The position numbers were made by a program, and so were the translations under genes. From positions 13,687,950 to 13,751,949 of the forward strand of contig MU054323.1 of assembly GCA_013239625.1 (NCBI GenBank): a stretch of 64,000 nt of DNA, in the 5' to 3' direction. Positions 52,010 to 64,000 of the stretch are shown in pieces. This stretch comes from Lama guanicoe. Taxonomy: Eukaryota. Within the stretch, counting starts at the first letter, position 1. Every line of letters begins with the position of its first letter. Below the pieces are notes generated by a model. It made no database searches and had not been told where the DNA came from. It saw nothing but the letters and a program-made list of their open reading frames with translations.

Positions 52010-53514
52010 GTCTCAACACTTGCTATACTAGTCAATCTCTCTTAAGGTTTTTCATGTAGCTACTGCGGGAACTGATTCTGCTTTTCTCATAGGTCAGAGA
52101 TGCAGTATTACATGCCATCCTTTCAGCTCTGTTCACAGAGCTGCTGACAACAGCTCAAAGGGAGAACATGCAGACCTGGAGATAGGAAGGAAAGAGTTAG
52201 GATCCAGCTTATATCCAAACTTGAATGACTGTACATGTGCAGCAAGAAATTACATTTTTCCGCTATTGCATTATGGGCAAACATGATAAAACTAGCCCAT
52301 ATTTCCCACCTCCTCCAAGAGAAGTTCAGAAAGTATTTGTAGCTGTTTTTCAGGAAGGACTTAGAAGATGGGCATGTGAGAGTTCAGCTCAGAGAATAGA
52401 CTTGAATGGACTCTCTCTGACATCTCATTTTAAAGTTTCACTTCCCATTCCTTTGACTGAACAGGATTCTTTTGATCAGCATTTCAACCTGTCTTCTTTG
52501 CCCTCCTGCAGCTATGTATTGTGTAAACCAGACATTTACAGTTGTTAGGCATTAGTTGGCTTTTACTATTGATTATTTTTCCTTTGTTGCTTTTTTCCTT
52601 TGAAAGCTTCATTCAGTATGCTGGCATTAAAAAAGCTTGGCATAAATAAAAAGAACATAATTCTCCCCCTTTCTGTGTCTGTGAGAAACCAGCACCGGAA
52701 CAAGTTGTGTCCATCTTCTGTGGCTAAAATGGTTTTTAGCACTTGTGGCTGTTGTTAAGGTACTGAAACAGGGTGTGCAGAACATTGTAAGAGGGCCATT
52801 ATTCAGTGAGAATGCTTCCCTGGGCAGATATGCAGGGAGGATCTTGAAGGCTGAATTTTTGTCTGTTTTATTTCTTTTTTACTGACACCTGTAAATTCCA
52901 AATTGGATATAAATTCCTTAACCTGTGGCCAGCAGCACCCAATTTTCATGCTGTCTAATTTATACATAAACGAAGTGGCAAATTTTACTTATATTTCCCT
53001 CAAGTTTTTCTACCTTATTCTGGGGGGGTATTGTTTTGTTTGTGATTTACTTTGTTCTGATTAACTCTTGACTTTCTGGAATATTCTGTAGCATTTCCCA
53101 ATAAATTACAACTTGTAACGACAGCCACCCATTCTGCCTGATCTGAGCACCAAATTATAGCCTCATAATCACAGACTGTTGCTTAGAGCTGAAAACAAAA
53201 CCTTGAAGACCTTGAATCAAAAATTGTCTCCATTTGAAAAATAGTAATTAGTAGCACAATCTTATCTTCTCTAAATAAAATAAGGTAGGAGAAATGAGAA
53301 AGAATTAAGTGAAGGCAAATACGTTTCTGAGTACAAATGTTATCCAGAAACCTCTCCTAGTAGAATGGAATCTCTATATTTTTCCCATCCCTAGGAGAAG
53401 ACAACTATTTCCATTTGATGTGAACTTTGTAGTTTTTGTTTTTTAAACTACTTTCTCAAGGAAGAATCTTCCCAAAGTCAGTCTGAGTTCTTTTGAATCT
53501 TCTGCGTCGGTTGC

Positions 53515-53966
53515 TGTATTAGTTTTCTAGAGCTGCTATAACAAATTACCACAAACTGGATGGCTTAAAACAACAGGGATTTATTATCTCACAGTTCTGG
53601 AGGCCAAAAGTCTGAAATCAAGGTGTTGGCAGGGCCACGCTCCCTCCAGAGTCTTCAGAGAGAAATATTTCCTTGCCTCTTTCCTAGCTTCTGGTGGTTA
53701 CCAGCAATCTTTGTTGTTCCCTGGCTTGTAGACACATCACTCCAGTCTCTGCCTCTGTTTTCAAATGGCATTCTCCTCTGAGTCTCAGAGTGTTTTTTCC
53801 TCTTCTTATAAAGACTCTCATCACTGGATTTAGGGCTCACCCTATTCCAGTGTGTGCCTCCATCTTAACCAATTACATCCACAAAGGCCCTATTTCTAAA
53901 TAAGGTCACACTCTGAGGTTCTGGGTAGACATGAATTTTGGGTGGGACACCATTCAACTTACAACA
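53515..53966 (-). mobile_element. MaLR solo LTR (MLT1B/C-like)
   Basis: tgtattagttttctagagctgctataacaaattaccacaaact...aaataaggtcacactctgagg...caccattcaacttacaaca. Confidence 0.93.
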
Positions 53967-54375
53967 ATTGTTCACTGATTTTAACTAAGTATAGATGATG
54001 TCAAATGTGAGAATTTCAATCACATGTCTGGAAGTTTTGGTTATTCATTCATCTAGTTTTGATATTTTGGGGATAGACACCCCTATTTTTATTAGAGGTA
54101 CTATCAAGTTTGTTAGATGGAACCTAGATCTTCCTTTGATTCACATGTGAACAGTCTTCAGGCTTTTTATAGGTGTCCAGCACAAGCAAATAACATATCT
54201 GCAGTCAAGGCAGAAAGAATTAAATGCAGAATGCAGAGGAGTGTTTTGAATCCTCCCTGCTAAGGAAAGCACAATGAATCACCCTGCTAGGCTTCAAAGA
54301 GGGATTCATGGTAGGTCTATATTATTATTTTCTGAAGGTCCTTCCTACCTAAGTTTTGGCTTGTTAACTGAGTTT

Positions 54376-54412
54376 TAGAAGTCCAATGCGCTATCCATTG
54401 CGCTACGGAGCC
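54376..54412 (-). pseudogene. tRNA-Arg(TCT) 5'-half tailless retropseudogene
   Basis: Reverse complement GGCTCCGTAGCGCAATGGATAGCGCATTGGACTTCTA corresponds to tRNA positions 1-37 (D stem GCGC/GCGC, anticodon TCT at 34-36); no 3' half; perfect 19-bp TSD tgttaactgagttttagaa (54362-54380 and 54416-54434). Confidence 0.93.
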
Positions 54413-55838
54413 ACCTGTTAACTGAGTTTTAGAATTGAAATTTAGCATATGATTTACACTTTCAAAATCCAGTGGAAAGCCTGTCTAGTGAAGTGGAATA
54501 ATAACCCTTTGCATTTTCACACTAGGGAGGAAGACCTATCAGTGCTGCTGAAATATTTTAGTGATATGCTAATACAGAGCTATCAAAATTTACTCATTAA
54601 AAAAATCCACTCTTGAGTGAGTGACCTGTTAGTACTAATGCTAATTCTTTCAGTTTGACTCAGTTCAGCAACACTGATATATTTTGGGAAAGAAGGAGAA
54701 AAGAACAAAGGCATTGAGCTACTTTTTTCCCCCCAGATTTCTTGACTTAATTTCTGGTCTTTACCTACTCTCTCACCCTCTCCTCTAAACGTGTGGACAT
54801 CTGGTTTATAACATAAGCTGATAATAATAAGGGAAAGCTTATACAAATAACGACGCTCCTGAAGGTATTGCTGAGGTCTATGGGAGGTCCAGAATCTTCG
54901 GGAACATGGAAGAGTGGCCTTGGTAATCTTGGTAAGAAAACGTTGGGAATCAGAGAAGTGCCTTCCCAGGAAATAGCAGATGGATCTAGGCACAGTGGAC
55001 ATCAAGATGCTTGAGGCACAGAAACCTGATGGATCCCAAGATAGGCATACTGAGATAACTACAGTGAATCCATGTCTTGAAGATATTCATTGAGTATTCA
55101 GTCTGCAGTCTTTCCAGGTAACAACTATTTCTCCACATCTGGTAAATTTATGTAGTGATCCATGGTTTATCCAAAAGGAAGTAGGGTAAATGATAAAGTA
55201 AATAATTAAAATAGCAGCTTTTGCCTTATTATAGTAAGGAGACAGCATTAGTAAGAATCTGATCCCTGGATTATCAGTTGCTCAAACTGACTATGATTAT
55301 TCTAGGATTTTGAAGTGAATTATGAATTCTTTTCTCTTTGAGAATTGATAGGATATGGATTTTGGAATGAAATACTATTTTATTTTTCCTCCCATGCCAA
55401 TTGCACTTCCAGGTTTACCATATTTCTGAATTGTATGTATTAGTCATTCTGTAACTACATTAGCTAATTTAGTAAATTTAGATTAGTTAAGAAACTGAAA
55501 CATAATTTAATGAGTGCAACTTCCATCATTATGATGCCTGCAATTTCAAGCATAATAATTGTACAGTATAGAAATGGTATCAGATGCTAGGATTATCTGC
55601 TTTGAAGAGATTTATTAAATTGGGATTATTTTGCTTAAAACATCCACATTAGTTTATTTCAAATTCTCAGAAATCAACACATTTGTAAAGATTTTTGTTT
55701 CTAGGCATTTATTATAGATACTAATCCTACAAAAGAAAAAGCACTTCAGGCAAATAAGCCATAATACGATAGTTGAACCTAATTTTCCTTTATTTATTAA
55801 CTCAATCAGTGGTTATTTTTGTGAGAACCTACTTTGTG

Positions 55839-55971
55839 ACTGTGTTTTAAAATTTTTTGGGAGGGAGTAATTAGGTGTATTTATTTACTTTTAGAGGAGG
55901 TACTGGGAATTGAACCCAGGGCCTTGTGCATGCTAAGCATGTACTCTACCACTTACACTGTACCTTTCCCT
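55839..55971 (-). mobile_element. tRNA-derived SINE (camelid Vic-1-like)
   Basis: gggagtaattaggtgtatttattta...ggaggtactgggaattgaacccaggg...catgctaagca...ctctaccact; TSD tgagaacctacttt(g/a)tg (55822-55838 and 55972-55988). Confidence 0.92.
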
Positions 55972-56241
55972 TGAGAACCTACTTTATGTTATTGACTGTT
56001 CTGTACATTAAAGATATAGGGGAGGAAGCAAACTCTACCTAACACTAGAGCTCATATTCCAGTACGGTGTAGTGGGAGAGAAAGATAGTAAGTAACAACA
56101 GCAACAAATATTTAACATCTCAGATGCTGTTGAAATGTGTAGTGCCATGAGAGAATGGGAAGCAGGGTAGGAGGAGGGTGAGTGAAATGTGATGGTGGCT
56201 TTTCTTCAGCGGCTTGAAGGAGTGAAAGAGTGAGCACAGGG

Positions 56242-56312
56242 CAGAGGCGGACTTACTGTGAAACAAATGAAGCTTAAGCTTCAGGGACTTTTCACTTGCA
56301 TGGGTCTCTGGG
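56242..56312. mobile_element. hAT-Tip100 (MER45-like) terminal fragment
   Basis: cagaggcggacttactgtgaaacaaatgaagcttaagcttcaggg...cacttgcatggg. Confidence 0.65.
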
Positions 56313-56619
56313 AGTGATGGGAGATACTAGACTCCCCTAAAGGTTAAAGGAAAAAATGATTTAGATGCTACCCAATATCTATGCACTGTAGGGTGTTCTT
56401 ATCGGGAGGAGAAACCAGATTGCCATCAGGAAGCTTGTGTATTAGATTCTAAATAGACCCTTTTAAAAGAATTACTCCTGCTGCTCTGTGGAGTTCAAGT
56501 AAAAAGAGGCAAAAGTAGAAGCAAGGAATCTGGTAGGAGAACACCAGAGATCTAGCTAAGAGGTGATAGTGGTTGGGGTTATGTTGGTAGTAGCAGACAT
56601 GGTAAAAAAAAAAAAAAAA

Positions 56620-56698
56620 NNNNNNNNNNNNNNNNNNNNNNNNNNNNNNNNNNNNNNNNNNNNNNNNNNNNNNNNNNNNNNNNNNNNNNNNNNNNNNN
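56620..56698. other. Assembly gap (79 N)
   Basis: Run of N read directly. Confidence 1.
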
Positions 56699-56716
56699 TT
56701 CTGTTGTTATTTCAGT

Positions 56717-56752
<36 letters not shown>

Positions 56753-57588
56753 TACACATACACACATGTTTTCATATTCTTTTTCATTATAGGTTACTAT
56801 AAGATACTGACTATAGTTCCCTGTGCTTTACAGGAGAAATCTGTTATTTTATGTAGTATATATATACTAGTTATTATTTGCCAATCTTCAACTCCCAATT
56901 AATCCCTTACTATTCTGTTTCCTCCTGGTAGCCATAAATTTGTTCACTGTGTCTGTGGATTTGTTTCTGTTTTGTAGATAAGTTCATTAGTGTCTTACTT
57001 TCTTTTTTTTTTTTTTGTTTCATATAAGCGATATGTTATTTTTCTTTCTCTTTCTGGCTTATTTCACTTAGTAATCAATCTCCAGTTCCACCCATGTTGC
57101 TTCAAATGGCATTGTTTTATTTTTTTATGGCTTAGTAGTGTATAAATACACCACAACTTCTTTATCCATTTATCTGTTGACGGACATTTACGTTGTTTCC
57201 ATGTCTTGACTATAGTATGTAGTGCGACTATGAATATTGGGGTGCATGTATCTTTTCATATTTGCATTCCCTCCAGATATATGCTCAAGAATGGGATTGC
57301 TGGATCATATGGTAAGTCTACTTTCAGTTTTTTAAAGAATCTCCACCCTGTTTTCCATAATGGCTGTACCAAACTGCATTCCCACCAACAGTGTAGGAGG
57401 TTTGTTTCCCTTTTCTCCATACCCTTTCTAGCATTTATCATTTGTGGACTTTTGAATGATGGCTATTCTGAATAGTGTGAGGTGGAACCTCATTATCATT
57501 TTCACTTGCATTTCTCTGATAATTAGTGATGTTCAGAGTTTTTTCATGTTCCTATTGGCCATTTGTATGTCTTCATTGGAGAATTGCT
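56699..57588 (-). mobile_element. Lineage-specific L1 3' end with internal (CA)n at ~56719-56766
   Basis: ORF 57256..57441 [36 protein letters not shown] is the ORF2 C-terminal domain; 3' UTR similar to 17703-18000. Confidence 0.95.
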
Positions 57589-58369
57589 TTTAAAGCAGAA
57601 CTGAGAACATTTGCAAGTGGATTAGATGTAGTTAATAAGGAAAAGGGAAGAGTCAAGGAACATGCCAAGGTTTTTGGTTTGAATTATGAATGAATGGAGA
57701 TGCTCTTTACTGAGCTGGGGACTTGAATCAAGAGTTTAACTTTGGAGATATTAAGTTTAACATAGACGTCCAAGTGGAGATGTAAAGCTGATGGTTGGAT
57801 ATATGAGTCTATCACAGTAATCATGTCATTTAATCCTTCATGCTACCCTGTTTTATAGGTATCCTTATTTCTGCCTAAAGGTTAAAAAAAAAGTGGTTTA
57901 AATGTTACCCCAAAGCATCTAAAAATGTATGGCAATTCTAAGACTTGAACTCAATTCTTCTTTATATCTGATCTCTTCTTGTTTTCCCCATTGTATTCTT
58001 TCTTTACCTTTTCCTTCTTTCCCCTCCTCTTCTTTTTTAAATTAATTAATTCAGTATATACTTATCGAACCACTCTCCAGTACTAAGTATTGGGATTACA
58101 GACATGAACAAGATATGGTCCCAACTTTAAACTCACCTTATAATCTTAGTAACTTTTTGCATATATTATAGTGTGCAGGAAACAGAAACCAGTTAAGCTG
58201 ATAGCTTGACATTTCCTTGAATCTAAGTAAGCATGAGTTATAAAAAATAGACTTTATAATAACTTTCTGGGAAAAAAGGAAACACTACTAAAATTGACAT
58301 AAGTTTCAATTTTAAGGCACTGATTTTAGATATAACATATAAAAATATATCTTAGAATTCAGAAAATAT

Positions 58370-58570
58370 AGTGCATATACTTCACATTTATTGGGCCCTT
58401 ATATTCTAAACCCTTGGCATACTTTATTTCATTTAATCATCACAACAAACCTTTCAGATGGCTAATAATAATATCATTTTTTTACAAATGAGGAAGCTAG
58501 GCATAAAGAGGTTAAGTGTCAAGTGATAAAGCTAGAAACCAAATCAAAGTATCTGACTAAAAGGGGACAT
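58370..58570 (-). mobile_element. MIR SINE
   Basis: tttcatttaatcatcacaacaa...ttttacaaatgaggaagctaggcataaagaggttaagt. Confidence 0.75.
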
Positions 58571-59489
58571 TTAATCATTTTGCTAAACCGACTTTAAGAA
58601 TTGAGAGACTTGGGTTTGAGCCCAGATTTGATTTTGGATTTTTAAACTCCTCAGACCTTAGCATACTCATTGGTAAAGTTGAATTTGAAAATCTCTGGGC
58701 ATCTCATATGCTCTACTAAGATTGTAACAATAGTTACCACATTTTATTATCAGATAAACCTCATTTAGAAAATGACTAGACAGTCAATAAACTGTCATTT
58801 ATTCAGTACTCTCTTTGCACCAGGTTGTTAGGTGCAGTTTTTATATACTTCAGTAATCACAATAGTCGTCCTGCAAGGTCACATTTGTTGTATGTGTATA
58901 GATACAGAAACAAAAAATTTGCTGAAGGTCTGATAGTTGGTAAGCTTTGGAACTAGATCTAACCCAGTTCTAAATCCAAATTCCATAGACATTATGCCAT
59001 ATTAATTTCTCTCCAGAAAAGTAGGGATCATCTTAAATTCAAAAACTCCAAAAAATGTCAACTCACAGAAAAAAACAAGACATTTTGGAAGTGTTGAGTC
59101 TAGTTAGCAGAAGAAGGTGTTAAAATGCTGAAGTTGTTTGCCACAACTTAAGTGAGAGAATCTCAAGTAACTTAATGTCTGTTTGGCAAGCTTTTTGTAG
59201 ACAAGAACCTGCCAAGATTTATTCATTAGTGGAATCTGAAAATCTCTAAATTTGCCTTTTTTGGACATTTCATATAAATAGAATTAGACAGTATGAACTT
59301 TCTTAGAAACTTCAGCTGTAATTAATATCAAATTGTGTAAATTATCTTGCAGACATCAAAATCTTTAGGGAAACAGTCCCACTCTGCATAACAACTTTAA
59401 CTGCCTAAAGGGCCGCTTATGAGCATGAAATATACTGATATTTATGATCACCAAAATTTCTAGTTTTAAACAAAAGAAGAAAAAATAGT

Positions 59490-62900
<3,411 letters not shown>

Positions 62901-64000
62901 AAGTGTCTTTGTAGCAATATATTTTTACCCTGGGATAATATATATTTAAGAGTTGGAGTTTAAAGAAATGGTAGGCTTAGATATCTGTGATTCTTATTCA
63001 GCCTATAGTTTTTTTTTTTATCCAACCAACCAGATCTGTGCTTTCCAACAAAACAAATCTATTGAATTGTTATTTATACTGTTAAAAAGCCCCTTGTGCC
63101 ATAGCAATTTTGGGCCCACATATTTTGCTCTTTCCTGCTAATCTCCATTCTTGATCTGCCCAACACATTGCCTTTGGACTCATCTCCTATTCTGATGAGG
63201 CCCAGGTTAATTTTTTAGCTTGAGATGTGATTTTCTATGTACATTTGTGCTTGTTGGCACACTCAGAATCTATATCCTTCTGTCTGCTCTATGTGCATTC
63301 CTTCTGGAGTAGGATCATGCCCCACCTTGGGACCATGCCCTGCCATCATAGGGACCCTCTGTACAGAGTTCTAAGATACATATTGATAATTCTTCTTTGT
63401 GTCTTTGTGCCTAGTCCACCCCTAGTACTAATTGAATGTTTAACTCTTTCCAACCAATGAGGAACAACTTTGGTGCTGAAGCAGCACAACCCTTTATGTG
63501 ACCATGCAGAGATACTGTATTTAGTACTTCTTTTGGGGGTTAAATAGATAGACTAATTTAATATAATGTACAGGTTTATGCTAAACAGTTAAGCCCTTTA
63601 AATGAAGCAATTAATAGTCTTTCCAATTCTCTGGATCTTTATTTTGACTTTGATTTTGAAACCAACAATACTCAGTCAGATTTTAACCCATTTTCAATGA
63701 AATGATTAAAAATGATGGAAAATAGGTATATCAATTCACTTGGAAGCTTGTGGGTAGTTTCAGGCTAAATGATGGCTCCATAACCTGAAAACAAAAAGTC
63801 AGTTGATCTCACTTAATGATGTAACATATTCATAGGAGTCAGTCCAACCACTGGAGGGAATGCACATATTTATAAAGCTACGGAAACTGGAGCTTACTGC
63901 TTTGTAGATAAGAACCTGTGGGATTTGGAGAGATTTAATCAATATTCAAACTATAAATATTCTTGTGCCAATTCTAGTTTATATTTGTATTTTAGGTTGA

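Larger units (their letters stand above)
55790..57810 (-). mobile_element. L2 3' region interrupted by a SINE, a hAT fragment and an L1
   Basis: L2 motifs on both sides of the insertions (ttttaaaagaattactcctgctgctctgtgga; gagtcaaggaacatgccaaggtttttgg; agacgtccaagtggagatgt). Confidence 0.75.

Noticed and set aside
56268..56283. 16-bp perfect palindrome tgaagcttaagcttca
   Set aside because: Part of the recalled hAT (MER45-like) terminus rather than a locus-specific structure
56604..56698. Poly(A) run next to the gap as a hidden retrocopy
   Set aside because: Cannot be evaluated across Ns; most simply an expanded A-run in L2 next to the L1 tail that broke the assembly

Overview
AT-rich, CpG-depleted mammalian genomic DNA, most likely from a camelid: it carries two tRNA-derived SINEs with the Vic-1-like tail and young camelid/cetartiodactyl-type L1 3' ends. 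The window is dominated by interspersed repeats: L1 of several ages, L2, MIR, MaLR and ERV1 solo LTRs, a decayed ERV-L pol region, and hAT and Tigger DNA-transposon remnants. A 79-N assembly gap lies at 56620-56698. I cannot confidently identify any host protein-coding exon, and the ORF track is either repeat-derived (L1 ORF2) or chance. Every L1 I can orient lies on the minus strand, which suggests an intron of a long plus-strand gene (inference). I found no evidence of a new multi-gene system. The best-supported unusual elements are (i) a tailless retrocopy of exactly the 5' exon of an intron-containing tRNA-Arg(TCT) within a perfect 19-bp target-site duplication (TSD), (ii) interleaved perfect inverted repeats resembling a template-switch scar, (iii) cleanly nested transposon insertions with readable TSDs, and (iv) a speculative Kozak/signal-peptide-like exon. 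Repeat family names come from recalled consensus sequences, not a database search, and boundaries of old repeats are approximate.
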